Part shown: positions 14,787 to 23,575 of the stretch, one piece after another
Position numbering within the stretch: position 1 is the first letter of the stretch
How the letters are laid out: each line of letters begins with the position of its first letter
Assembly: GCA_036170245.1 (NCBI GenBank)
Contig: JAVHOV010000025.1
Span: forward strand, 10,425-34,424
Origin: an archaeon
GTDB taxonomy: Archaea; Iainarchaeota; Iainarchaeia; Iainarchaeales; JAAZKV01
Length of the DNA: 24,000 nt
Reading direction: 5' to 3'
The notes under the pieces: model-generated
Seen by the model: the letters and a program-made list of their open reading frames with translations, nothing else
The model's database searches: none
What the model was told of the DNA's origin: nothing
Program-made: the position numbers and the translations under genes

Positions 14787-15674
14787 ATGAAAAACAATAA
14801 AAAACCCAAACCAGTTACTGCTAAAGCAAAAAACAAAGTTCCCATTCAAAAAGAAGAACCTTGGCTCACAAAAGAAGCAGTTTTGAAACTTGCACTAACT
14901 TTTTTGATAATAGAATTAGTTGGACTGTTTGTTGCAACAAACCTTTACACCCAAGGTTGCTCAGAAGCACTATTTACAAATGATATCAACGATGCAGTAA
15001 ACGGATTCTATTTATTTGGAATGATAATATTTACAACAATAATATTTTTAGTAATAATAAAATTCAGAAGAACAAAAAAACTTTTGTGGGCAATGGAAAT
15101 GCTTGCAATTTTTTCAACATCCCTGATTGTATTCTCTTCATTCTTTCCAAATGATTATACAATTGCACTAATACTTACTGCAATAATTTTTGCCTTAAGA
15201 TACGGATTAGTAAAAAACATTTTAATGAGAAGCATTGCTGCAGGAATTGCTGTAGCAGGAGCTGGAGCTTATATTGGAATCTCTTTAGGATTAATTCCAT
15301 TAATTGTATTTGTAACAATTCTTTCACTTTATGATATTGTAGCAGTTTTCTTCACAAAACACATGGTGCAAATCGGAAAAGAATCAACCCAAAACAATTT
15401 TGCATTCACCATTGCGATCCCTACAAAACAACACAACTTTGAACTTGGAAACGGGGACCTTGTAATCCCCCTTGCAATTGCAGCAAGTGTAATGACAAAC
15501 GGACCCTTTCACTACAATTGGCTAGTGTCAGGATTAATACTTGGAATGAGTTTTTTGGGGCTTGGACTTAGCATCCACTTTGTTTCAAAATATAAAACCC
15601 CCATGCCTGCACTTCCACCACAAGTAATGCTAATGCTACTTGCAATCCTCCTAGGAATGCTTCTTGGAGCATAA
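14787..15674 (+). CDS. Presenilin/signal-peptide-peptidase-like intramembrane aspartyl protease (A22 family, PSH-type)
   Basis: Polytopic membrane protein carrying the three family motifs in order: YD ('LSLYDIVAVFF'), GxGD ('LGNGDLVIPL') and PAL ('TPMPALPPQ'). Confidence 0.8.
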   Translation: MKNNKKPKPVTAKAKNKVPIQKEEPWLTKEAVLKLALTFLIIELVGLFVATNLYTQGCSEALFTNDINDAVNGFYLFGMIIFTTIIFLVIIKFRRTKKLLWAMEMLAIFSTSLIVFSSFFPNDYTIALILTAIIFALRYGLVKNILMRSIAAGIAVAGAGAYIGISLGLIPLIVFVTILSLYDIVAVFFTKHMVQIGKESTQNNFAFTIAIPTKQHNFELGNGDLVIPLAIAASVMTNGPFHYNWLVSGLILGMSFLGLGLSIHFVSKYKTPMPALPPQVMLMLLAILLGMLLGA

Positions 15675-15721
15675 AAATTATCTAAAATCCCCTAAAGAGC
15701 ATTTTTGCCTCTAAGAAGTGA

Positions 15722-15729
15722 TTTATATA
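15722..15729 (+). promoter_or_regulatory. Candidate TATA box (TTTATATA) for aIF2-beta
   Basis: A consensus-like archaeal TATA octamer lies 42 nt upstream of the ATG at 15771. Confidence 0.4.
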
Positions 15730-15770
15730 AGTTTTGCTAGAAAGAATAATTATTCAGGAACTGAAAAATT

Positions 15771-16178
15771 ATGGCTACATACGACGAATTACTTTCAAAA
15801 GCTTACAATAGCATTCCAAAAAAAGCACTTACACAAGAAAGATTTGAAATACCAAGAGTAGAATCATTCCTGCAAGGAAGTAAAACTATAGTTAAAGGAT
15901 ACAATAATTTAATTGACACAATGAGAAGAGACAAAAAACACTTTTTGAAATGGTTAATGAAAGAAACTGCTCTGCCAATCAGCGAAGGAGTTAACCAATT
16001 GACAATAAATGGAAAAGTAAATTCATACCAATTAAACAAATTAATAGAAGCATACTTCAAACAGTTTGTTTTATGTCCTGAATGCAAAAAACCTGATACA
16101 ACAGTAATTACAGAAGGCGGAACAAAGCTACTAAAATGCGAAGCGTGCGGAGCAATAAAGTCAGTTGCAGGACTATAA
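15771..16178 (+). CDS. eif2b: Translation initiation factor 2 beta subunit (aIF2-beta)
   Basis: 'YDELLSKAYNSIP', 'RFEIPRVES' and 'FVLCPECKKPDTTVITEGGTKLLKCEACGA' (C-terminal zinc ribbon) are typical of aIF2-beta/eIF5-type factors. 135 aa. Confidence 0.9.
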   Translation: MATYDELLSKAYNSIPKKALTQERFEIPRVESFLQGSKTIVKGYNNLIDTMRRDKKHFLKWLMKETALPISEGVNQLTINGKVNSYQLNKLIEAYFKQFVLCPECKKPDTTVITEGGTKLLKCEACGAIKSVAGL

Positions 16179-16230
16179 TTAATTAAAAATTATTTTTCTA
16201 AAAACTAATTTAAAAATAAAGTGAAAAATA

Positions 16231-16521
16231 ATGTATGCAAAAAAATGGGAAATTGATTTACGGGTAATTCTAGCTGTGTGCGACAAGGAACACATAGGGA
16301 AAACATACGAACAAGGCGAACTAAGTTTTAGAGTAAGCGAAAAATTCTACAAAGGAGAAGAAGTTACTCCTCAAGATTTAGAACAATTACTAATGCAAGT
16401 TGATTCAGCTAATTTATTCGGAAACAAATGCGTGGATATTGCACTAAAAAAAGGACTAATAAGCGAAAAAAGTATAATAAATATTTGTGGAATAAAACAT
16501 GCACAAATTTACCGAATGTAA
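16231..16521 (+). CDS. DUF424-family protein (conserved archaeal protein of unknown function)
   Basis: 'ILAVCDKEHIGKTYEQGELSFRVSEKFYKGEEV', 'ANLFGNKCVDIALKKGLI' and 'ICGIKHAQI' follow the DUF424 pattern (vavCD.elLGk...eg...l.v...FY.ge.v......a.N.vG...v......gl......i.giPHaqi). Confidence 0.6.
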   Translation: MYAKKWEIDLRVILAVCDKEHIGKTYEQGELSFRVSEKFYKGEEVTPQDLEQLLMQVDSANLFGNKCVDIALKKGLISEKSIINICGIKHAQIYRM

Positions 16522-16574
16522 AAACACTCAAAAAAAAGACAAAAAGAGAGGTTTTAATACCTTGACTTGAACTA

Positions 16575-16582
16575 TTTATATA
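16575..16582 (+). promoter_or_regulatory. Candidate TATA box (TTTATATA) for aIF1A
   Basis: A consensus TATA octamer lies inside the track's TTG-initiated N-terminal extension, 60 nt upstream of the first ATG at 16642. Confidence 0.5.
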
Positions 16583-16641
16583 ACAACAAAATTGGTGAGA
16601 AACTAGTGGCAAACTTTAATTCACAGAAAAGAAAAAATCAA

Positions 16642-16989
16642 ATGAACTTTAAGAAAAAAGCGGCTACCCCCGCACCTACTACTGAACAACAACCAGAAAT
16701 GGGTTACACCCGAATGAGACTTCCCAACACTAATGACTTAGAACAATTTGCACTTGTAACACAATTAATGGGATCAAATCAAATAAAAGCAGTCTGCGAA
16801 GACGGCGAAGAAAAACAATTCAGAATCCCTGGAAAATTATTAAAGAAAGTTTGGATAAGAGAAAATGATATTATTATCGTAAGACTATGGGACTTCCAGC
16901 CAAGCAAGGGAGATGTCGTTTGGAGATACTTAGGAAACCAAGTAGAATGGTTAAGAAGAAATGGAAAGTTAAACAGACTTCCGCTATAG
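16642..16989 (+). CDS. eif1a: Translation initiation factor 1A (aIF1A)
   Basis: S1/OB core 'YTRMRLPNTNDLEQFALVTQLMGSNQIKAVCEDGEEKQFRIPGKLLKKVWIRENDIIIVRLWDFQPSKGDVVWRY'. The track ORF starts at a TTG (16567) and would read through a TATA box. Starting at the ATG at 16642 gives a typical 115-aa protein. Confidence 0.85.
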   Translation: MNFKKKAATPAPTTEQQPEMGYTRMRLPNTNDLEQFALVTQLMGSNQIKAVCEDGEEKQFRIPGKLLKKVWIRENDIIIVRLWDFQPSKGDVVWRYLGNQVEWLRRNGKLNRLPL

Positions 16990-17061
16990 ATACTTTATTC
17001 TAAAATCTAACAAATTAGTTCTAAAATTAAGAATAAAAGAACAACTAATTAAGGTATAAGT

Positions 17062-17877
17062 ATGGATTACAAGGAATTAACTGACAGTGACTTACTAAAA
17101 GAACACTTACAAAAAGAGAAGCGATTAATAAAGGATGAAAACACAAGAGCTGTTTTCAATAAAGTGTTTGACACTGCAACCATTGCTTCAGTTCATGAAC
17201 TTGCAAGAAAAAAATTCTTTGATGAAATAGAATTTGTTATCTCAACAGGAAAAGAAGGAAATGTTTTCAGATGTGTTGCAAAAAACAATTACTATGCACT
17301 AAAAATATTCAAAGTAGATACTTCTGATTTCAAGCACATGACTGAATATATTATTGGAGACGAAAGATTCAAGGAAGTAAGAAAAGACAAACTTGAAATA
17401 ATAAAACTTTGGACAAAAAAAGAATTCAGAAACTTAGAAGATTTCACCAAAGCAAAAATAAGAGTGCCTCAGCCAATCGCATGGAACAGAAACTGTTTAC
17501 TAATGGAATTTATTGGAGCAGACGGAATTGCCGCACCAAGATTAAAGGAAAAACCCTTTGCTAATCCACAAGAAAAATATGAACTTTTATGCGAATACAT
17601 TGCAAAAATGGTTAATGTAAAATTGGTTCATGCTGATTTAAGCGAATATAATATTTTAAACAACAATGAGGAAATGGTGATAATTGATGTCGGCCAAGCT
17701 GTAACAACAATGCACCCTAACGCAAAAGAATTCTATACTAGAGACATAATGAACATGAGCCGCTACTTTGCAAAACAGGGAGTGGACACTGATTTTGATA
17801 AAATGTATACAAAAATAAAAGAACTATCAAAAAGCACTAAAGTATACAAATTGAGAAAAACTTATTCTAAAAATTAA
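17062..17877 (+). CDS. rio1: RIO-type serine/threonine protein kinase (Rio1-like, no N-terminal wHTH)
   Basis: 'ISTGKEGNVFRC' (P-loop), 'YALKIFK', 'LVHADLSEYNIL' (catalytic loop) and 'VIIDVGQAV' (metal-binding loop). Confidence 0.9.
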   Translation: MDYKELTDSDLLKEHLQKEKRLIKDENTRAVFNKVFDTATIASVHELARKKFFDEIEFVISTGKEGNVFRCVAKNNYYALKIFKVDTSDFKHMTEYIIGDERFKEVRKDKLEIIKLWTKKEFRNLEDFTKAKIRVPQPIAWNRNCLLMEFIGADGIAAPRLKEKPFANPQEKYELLCEYIAKMVNVKLVHADLSEYNILNNNEEMVIIDVGQAVTTMHPNAKEFYTRDIMNMSRYFAKQGVDTDFDKMYTKIKELSKSTKVYKLRKTYSKN

Positions 17878-18566
17878 AAGTCCTCTTTGTGTTCACTAAT
17901 GTGCATCTTCAAATCAGCAAACGTTTTTAGAAGCAAAAACAAAAAAAGAACAAACGAATTAAAGAACCCTAAAGCTAAAAGAAAAGTTCCAAATATTATT
18001 GTCAAATGCATTGGGATTATTCTAATGTATGGTCTAACCATTAATTTTCCAATCAAAAAATTAGTTTGATCAAAAGAATAATTTTCAATTTTCTTTGAAT
18101 AATATAAAAATGAAAATAAATGGTTAATAAATAAAATAACTAAAGTAATCAATAACACAGGAACAAAATTTAAAATATTTATCGGAACCAAATTTGCAAA
18201 AACGCCTGGTGCAAAAGAAAAACCTAACAAGAAGAAAAAATAAACAAAATGAAATCCGCCATAATGCAATAAGAAAAAGAAAGACATGAATAAACTAATT
18301 GCTAAAAATCCGACATCTTCGGTCTGAGAAAAAGAAACTTTAAGCATTTTTAAAAAATTAAAGAAACCTATTATTACACTCTGCCCCCAATAAACCCAAA
18401 GAATCTCTATTAAATTCCAATTTAGTAAAACCGCAATAAAAATAGTCAAAAGATTTGAAAGAAGCAAAGATTGCAAAGTAGGGTCTTTTTTAATGCTGTT
18501 AAACAATCCACCGGTCAAAGAATTAAAAGCAGAAGAAACTTCCATAGAAAAACTAATACACCTCAT
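17874..18566 (-). CDS. Polytopic membrane protein (DUF6498-like?), function unknown
   Basis: About 6-7 hydrophobic spans. 'ILWVYWGQSVIIGFFNFLKM', 'LLHYGGFHFVYFFF', 'RIIPMHLTIIFG' and the C-terminal 'LLLKTFADLKMHISEH' recall the DUF6498 family (weak recollection). Its stop codon overlaps the rio1 stop (TTAA, 17874-17877). Confidence 0.55.
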   Translation of the reverse strand: MRCISFSMEVSSAFNSLTGGLFNSIKKDPTLQSLLLSNLLTIFIAVLLNWNLIEILWVYWGQSVIIGFFNFLKMLKVSFSQTEDVGFLAISLFMSFFFLLHYGGFHFVYFFFLLGFSFAPGVFANLVPINILNFVPVLLITLVILFINHLFSFLYYSKKIENYSFDQTNFLIGKLMVRPYIRIIPMHLTIIFGTFLLALGFFNSFVLFLFLLLKTFADLKMHISEHKEDF

Positions 18567-18616
18567 TTATTTAAAGCCTTGCAAACATAATATATCTTAT
18601 AAGGGATGACTAACAA

Positions 18617-18817
18617 ATGGAAATTGAAGGAAGAGTTTGGAAAAGAAGAATCAGCGTTGGATGGCTAATGATTTGCTTACTATTACTCTCTTGGGGAATA
18701 GTTTGGCTAGGAAATGATTTAAGCTGGTGGAATATAGCATTCCCAATAGTGCCAATACTGTTAATCATATTTGCATTATCACTGATAGTAAACCAGATAT
18801 TGAGTCTATTCTATTAG
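18617..18817 (+). CDS. Small two-TM membrane protein (66 aa), hypothetical
   Basis: Two clear hydrophobic helices, 'VGWLMICLLLLSWGIVWLG' and 'IAFPIVPILLIIFALSLIV'. It is divergent from the membrane protein at 17874-18566 and has no recognisable family. Confidence 0.4.
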   Translation: MEIEGRVWKRRISVGWLMICLLLLSWGIVWLGNDLSWWNIAFPIVPILLIIFALSLIVNQILSLFY

Positions 18818-18846
18818 ACCAAAAAAAAAACAGGTTGATGAGATAA

Positions 18847-19365
18847 ATGGAAGAAATTGTAAAAATCCCAGAAGAAAGAATAGGGGCACTAATCGGACCT
18901 AACGGAAATATAAAGAAAAAAATAGAATTTCAAACTAAATCAAAATTAGAAATTAATTCCGCAGAAGGAGATGTTATTGTTACTGGAGAAGGAGAATCAT
19001 TCTTTAAGGCCCACGATATTGTAAAAGCAATTGCAAGGGGTTTTTCTCCAAAAAGAGCATTGACTTTGCTAAAAGAAGATTATTTACTAAAAATAGTTGA
19101 TATTACTGAATACACTGGAAAAAATACTTCAACTCAAAAGGCAAGAAAGGGAAGAGTAATTGGAAGAGAAGGGGGAGCTAGAGAAGAAATAGAGAAAAAA
19201 ACTCACTGCTTAATCTCAGTTTACGGAAAAACTGTTGCAATCATCGGCCTTGCAGGAGAAATAGAAAGTGCACAAGAAGCAGTGCAAATGCTCCTTTCAG
19301 GTGCAAAGCATGAAACAATGGAAAGTTTCTTGCACGGTGGAAGAAGAGAAAGATTTGAACTATAA
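18847..19365 (+). CDS. KH-domain RNA-binding protein (archaeal Dim2/Pno1-like, two KH modules)
   Basis: GxxG loops in 'RIGALIGPNGNIKKKIE' and 'GRVIGREGGAREEIEKK'. The size and the neighbourhood with rio1 and aIF1A fit the archaeal Dim2-like KH protein. Confidence 0.8.
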   Translation: MEEIVKIPEERIGALIGPNGNIKKKIEFQTKSKLEINSAEGDVIVTGEGESFFKAHDIVKAIARGFSPKRALTLLKEDYLLKIVDITEYTGKNTSTQKARKGRVIGREGGAREEIEKKTHCLISVYGKTVAIIGLAGEIESAQEAVQMLLSGAKHETMESFLHGGRRERFEL

Positions 19366-19509
19366 AATAATAGCAAAAATACTTACAAAAGCAAAATTCA
19401 CTAAGATTTAATCAAAAGTATATATAAAATTTGGATTAAACCAAGAAGATTAGGGCTTATAAATGTTTTGGGCTTTTCTAATATCATTAAGAAAAAAACC
19501 TTTAGATAA

Positions 19510-21252
19510 ATGGTGAGCAAATTGTCTGACGAAAAAAAAGAAAAAGTTACTTTAGAAGATGGAAAACCTGTTGCAGGCGCAGTTGACAATTTAGAAAAGG
19601 AATTTAAGGAACACTCAGTTGCTGAATTTTTTAAAAAGAATAAACAGATGATAGGATTATATGGAAAAGTAAGAACACTCACAATGATAGTTCACGAATA
19701 TGTAACAAATTCGCTTGATGCCTGTGAAGAAACTGGAATTTTACCTACAATTGATGTTAAGATTGATGAACTTGGCGAAGAGTACTATGAAGTAATGGTA
19801 AGCGATAACGGACCAGGAATTTCACTTGAAAACGTTGGAAAAGCTTTTGGAAAACTTTTAGCTGGAACAAAGTTCCATAGATTAATGCAGTCAAGAGGAC
19901 AGCAAGGAATCGGAGCATCAGGATGCACAATGCTATCACAAATGACTACAGGAAAGCCTTCAAAAGTAATAACTGGAAAAGAAGGAAGAAAAGCTATTGC
20001 TCTAGAAATAGTAATTGACCCAAGACTAAATGAACCAAAAATCTCAAACTTAAAAGAACTTGAAAAAGAATTTCATGGAACAAGTATTCAGGCAAAATTC
20101 AAGGGATGCTTATATAGAGATAGCGACCAAGGCCCTTTAGAATATTTAAAAAGAACAGCAATTGCAAACCCGCACGTACAAATTAATTTCAGAGACCCAA
20201 TGGGACAAAAATTTACATTCAAAAGAACACACAATGCTCTTCCTGAAAAACCAGAAGAAATAAAGCCACATCCAAAGGGAACTACTGTTGATGATATTTT
20301 AACTTACTGCAAATCTTCAAAAGGAAGAACAGTAGCAAGTTTCTTGACAAATGATTTTGACAGAATGGGTGCTAAGGGAATTGAGGAAATAAAAAAGAGA
20401 GTGCACTTTGATATGAATAAAGATCCTAAGACTCTATCTTGGGAAGAAGCAGAAGAAATAGTTAAAGCATTCAAAGCAATTGATTTTATCGCACCAAGCA
20501 CTGATGCACTTAGACCAATCGGAGAAGACCAAATAAGAAAGTCTCTTCAGAGCATAGTTCAACCAGAATTTTTGACAGTATTAACAAGAAAGCCTACAGT
20601 TTATGCTGGAGGGTATCCCTTCCAAGTAGAAATTGCAATTGCTTACGGTGGAGGAGCCGGAAAGAAAGTCGGAGATCAAACTTCAATGGATATAATGAGA
20701 TTTGCAAATAGAGTTCCTTTACTATTTGATACAGGAAACTGTGCTTTAACAAAAGCAGTACAAACAGTTGACTGGAAAAGATATGATATTAAGGATCCTT
20801 CTACTGCCCCTGTAACAGTATTTGTTAACTTTATTTCAGTGCACATTCCATACACTGGTGCAGGGAAGCAAGCAATTGCTGATGAAGAAGAAGTATTAGA
20901 AGAAATAAGATTAGCTTTAATGCAGACAGGAAGAAAAGCAGGAATTTATATTGCACACAAGAGAAGAGAAGCAGAGAACCAGCAAAAGAGATTAATGTTT
21001 TACAAATATATTCCTGAAATTTGTAGAGCTTTAAGCACAATTACAAAAGCAAACGAAGAGGGACTAAAGAAAAACATGGAAAAAATGGTTCTTGAAAAAT
21101 TAAAGATAGAAGACCAAAAAGATGAAGAAGAAAGAGTAAGAACTGAAAAAGCTTTGGCAAATGATGATAATAGTTTTGTTACAAAACCAAAAGTGGAAAA
21201 AACTGAAAAAAAGGAAGAACCAAAAGAAAAGGTTAAGGCAGGAAAAAAATAA
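19510..21252 (+). CDS. top6B: DNA topoisomerase VI subunit B
   Basis: 'SVAEFFKKNKQMIGLYG', GHKL/Bergerat motifs 'HEYVTNSLDACEE', 'VSDNGPGI' and 'GQQGIGASG', and transducer-domain 'HIPYTGAGKQAI'. The C-terminus is a K/E-rich tail. Confidence 0.95.
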   Translation: MVSKLSDEKKEKVTLEDGKPVAGAVDNLEKEFKEHSVAEFFKKNKQMIGLYGKVRTLTMIVHEYVTNSLDACEETGILPTIDVKIDELGEEYYEVMVSDNGPGISLENVGKAFGKLLAGTKFHRLMQSRGQQGIGASGCTMLSQMTTGKPSKVITGKEGRKAIALEIVIDPRLNEPKISNLKELEKEFHGTSIQAKFKGCLYRDSDQGPLEYLKRTAIANPHVQINFRDPMGQKFTFKRTHNALPEKPEEIKPHPKGTTVDDILTYCKSSKGRTVASFLTNDFDRMGAKGIEEIKKRVHFDMNKDPKTLSWEEAEEIVKAFKAIDFIAPSTDALRPIGEDQIRKSLQSIVQPEFLTVLTRKPTVYAGGYPFQVEIAIAYGGGAGKKVGDQTSMDIMRFANRVPLLFDTGNCALTKAVQTVDWKRYDIKDPSTAPVTVFVNFISVHIPYTGAGKQAIADEEEVLEEIRLALMQTGRKAGIYIAHKRREAENQQKRLMFYKYIPEICRALSTITKANEEGLKKNMEKMVLEKLKIEDQKDEEERVRTEKALANDDNSFVTKPKVEKTEKKEEPKEKVKAGKK

Positions 21253-21264
21253 TTGTAATTAAAA

Positions 21265-22413
21265 ATGGTGAATGATATGACAGAGAAAGAAAAAAAGAAA
21301 CCAAAGACAGTTGAAAAGGTTTCACCTAAAGAAATTGCTGACAGAATCAAAAATACTGCTGAAGGAATGGTTAAACAGATTAACAAACTTGAAGATCCTG
21401 AATTTAGAACAATGCAAAGAGGAAAGAGTAATGTTCTTTGGGATGAGAAGAAAGGATTTTTAGAACTAGGTGAAAAAGAAGTATCAAGAACTTTTTTGAA
21501 TATTGCACACGCTAGAAAATTCATGCAGACAAGCATAATAATGGCGCAGACAAGAGAATACTTGGAACACAATAAGACTGCTTCTATTCGTGAAATTTAT
21601 TATGAATTAAAACACACAGTTGCGGATACTAAGGAAAACACTTTTGAAGGCCAAGATGAAAGTGATCCAATAATAGTTGATATTGAACACTCAGTAGATA
21701 CTATCAGAGAAAAATTGAATTTACACGCAAACCCTAAGGGAACACTTTATGGAGATATTACATTACTTGACAGAATGCACAACAATGATAAGTTCAACGC
21801 ATCAAAACTAGGAAGAGGCGGATGGAGTATAATGTCAAGAGTAGAACCTGAAGAAATTGAAATAGTTGACTCAAACGCTGAATACTTACTAGTCTGCGAA
21901 ACAGAAGCAATTTATGAAAGATTAATTGAAGAAGGATTTCCTAAAGAAAACAAATGTATTCTAATCGGAATCGGAGGACAAGCTGCAAGAGGTGCAAGAA
22001 GATTAATCCACAGAATACACAACGAACTTGATTTACCAACAATCGTCTTCACAGATGGGGATCCTTATGGATGGTATATTTACTCAGTTATAAAACAAGG
22101 TTCAATGGCTTTGGCCGCACACTCTGAATTTATGTCAGTTCCTGAAGCAAGATATGTTGGAATGACTATTGATGATGTTAAAGAATACAAACTTGAAGCA
22201 GTAACTGAAAGAATGACTGATGGGGATATTAAAAGAGCAAAAGAAATGCTTGCATATCCTTGGTTTCAGAACAAAGAATGGCAGGACCAATTAAAGAAAG
22301 CCTTAGATCAGAAAATCAGAATAGAACAGCAGGCGTTAGCAAATAAGAGACTTGATTTTGTTGCAACACATTATTTGCCTGAAAAAATCAGAAACAAAAC
22401 ATTCTTGCCATAA
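21265..22413 (+). CDS. top6A: DNA topoisomerase VI subunit A (Spo11 homologue)
   Basis: Catalytic tyrosine region 'SIREIYYELKH'. Toprim 'YLLVCETEAIYERL' and 'VFTDGDPYGWYIY'. It starts 12 nt after top6B. Confidence 0.95.
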   Translation: MVNDMTEKEKKKPKTVEKVSPKEIADRIKNTAEGMVKQINKLEDPEFRTMQRGKSNVLWDEKKGFLELGEKEVSRTFLNIAHARKFMQTSIIMAQTREYLEHNKTASIREIYYELKHTVADTKENTFEGQDESDPIIVDIEHSVDTIREKLNLHANPKGTLYGDITLLDRMHNNDKFNASKLGRGGWSIMSRVEPEEIEIVDSNAEYLLVCETEAIYERLIEEGFPKENKCILIGIGGQAARGARRLIHRIHNELDLPTIVFTDGDPYGWYIYSVIKQGSMALAAHSEFMSVPEARYVGMTIDDVKEYKLEAVTERMTDGDIKRAKEMLAYPWFQNKEWQDQLKKALDQKIRIEQQALANKRLDFVATHYLPEKIRNKTFLP

Positions 22414-22436
22414 AGAATTTTTTCTTGAGAAAAATT

Positions 22437-22628
22437 TTAGATTCTTAATTTTTCTCTTTCTTTTAGTCTAATCATTTCGCTCAAAGCACTAAGGGCATTA
22501 ATGGGCACATCAACACCTGCAGAAATTTTTGCATTAATCAAACGATCGCGAACTTGGTTTAATTTTTCCAAAGAAAAAGAATTGATTCTATGAGGAGAAT
22601 CATGAACTCTGCCATTTGCTCCATTCAT
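22437..22628 (-). CDS. Hypothetical small protein (63 aa), possibly ribbon-helix-helix-like
   Basis: The ORF starts 27 nt downstream of the multi-HTH gene. 'HRINSFSLEKLNQVRDRLINAK...INALSALSEMIRLKEREK' could form a strand-helix-helix. The evidence for coding and for the fold is weak. Confidence 0.35.
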   Translation of the reverse strand: MNGANGRVHDSPHRINSFSLEKLNQVRDRLINAKISAGVDVPINALSALSEMIRLKEREKLRI

Positions 22629-22655
22629 TAAACTAATTCCTTTGTGAGAAATAGA

Positions 22656-23540
22656 CTATTTTCCGCTCCCATTATAATCAACTTCCCAAACTAAACCCTT
22701 CTTTTTTAATTGAGTCAAAGAATTAAGTAAAGTCAATCTGCTTGCATTGGTTAATAATGAAAGTGCATGCACTGAAAGAGACCCATTTTCTGGAGAAGAA
22801 AAAGCAGATAAAAATGCTAAAGACTCATCATTCAAATGCATTACACGAACCTCAACCCCTGATCTTCTGCCCCTTCTTTTTCTGTACTCCTTAACTTTGC
22901 TTTCAGAAATATGAAGTTTAGTTGCAAGTTCAGCATTGCTTAACTTTCTTTGGGTTCTTGCATCAAATGCTTCAATCGCACTCTTTGTTGCACGAACAAC
23001 TTCCCCTGCAAAATTAGTTTTATATTTTGGCAAATTATCCTGCAGAACAGACTTTGTAACCCCTAAAGATTTTAATGCATCTTCAAAAGAAATATTCCAA
23101 TTTGATGCAAGCAAAGTTCTTAGCCTAGGAAGCAAAGTCAAATCATGATGCTTTGAAGAAGCAGTAAATTTTGTTGCAGTTCCTCCTTTAGACTGAATAG
23201 ACTCCCTGATTTTTGCATTTACTTTCTTTAGCATTGAAGTGCTTACAGGAGCATCCTTATGCCCAACTCTTCTTGCAATCTCACTCAGGCTCAAACGTTC
23301 ATGCGCAAGCACAGTTTGGTTTCTTTCAAGAAGATTCTTCACAAGAGCCTCTTTCTCGCTTGAAAGAGGAAGTTTTCTTAGATTCATTGCACGAATAAGA
23401 GAAATAACTTGCCTTGGAGAAAGAGATTTAGGATCAAAAGATTTTGTAAGAGCAAGCTTAGCCAAATTTCTCTGATTAGGTATACGTCCGTATTTTTCTT
23501 CAATCCTTTTTGCAACTTGTGAAATTGAGTATCCAGCCAT
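22656..23540 (-). CDS. Multi-HTH protein (294 aa) with four to five helix-turn-helix-like units, family not recognised
   Basis: HTH-like units: 'YSISQVAKRIEEKYG', 'LSLSEIARRVGHK', 'ISFEDALKSLGVTKSVLQDNL' and 'LSNAELATKLHISESKVKEYRKRRG', plus a C-terminal winged-helix-like 'LSLLTNASRLTLLNSLTQLKKKGLVWEV'. Only short junk ORFs lie antisense. Confidence 0.6.
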   Translation of the reverse strand: MAGYSISQVAKRIEEKYGRIPNQRNLAKLALTKSFDPKSLSPRQVISLIRAMNLRKLPLSSEKEALVKNLLERNQTVLAHERLSLSEIARRVGHKDAPVSTSMLKKVNAKIRESIQSKGGTATKFTASSKHHDLTLLPRLRTLLASNWNISFEDALKSLGVTKSVLQDNLPKYKTNFAGEVVRATKSAIEAFDARTQRKLSNAELATKLHISESKVKEYRKRRGRRSGVEVRVMHLNDESLAFLSAFSSPENGSLSVHALSLLTNASRLTLLNSLTQLKKKGLVWEVDYNGSGK

Positions 23541-23575
23541 AACTAATTACCCCTTAAGGATATATTTAAACAAAA

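Noticed and set aside
16567-16641. 25-codon N-terminal extension of aIF1A in the ORF track (TTG start)
   Set aside because: The extension contains a consensus TTTATATA box (16575-16582) and is A/T-rich promoter-like sequence. The ATG at 16642 gives a canonical-length aIF1A.
21000-21572. 190-aa minus-strand ORF across the top6B/top6A junction; likewise 13664-14197 (177 aa) antisense to mcm
   Set aside because: Both give S/F/L-rich junk translations antisense to strongly supported genes, which is typical of shadow ORFs opposite K/E-rich coding sequence.
893-23475. Remaining short track ORFs: 893-1117, 1930-2247, 2797-2991, 2912-3097, 5415-5693, 7428-7724, 7523-7714, 8622-8879, 9019-9288, 9194-9610, 11471-11698, 11855-12040, 15803-16087, 16409-16612, 17887-18069, 19401-19682, 19757-19939, 20304-20501, 20831-21040, 22936-23148, 23213-23398, 23239-23475
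   Set aside because: All overlap better-supported genes, either antisense or out of frame. Their translations are low-complexity, and they lack SD or promoter signals.
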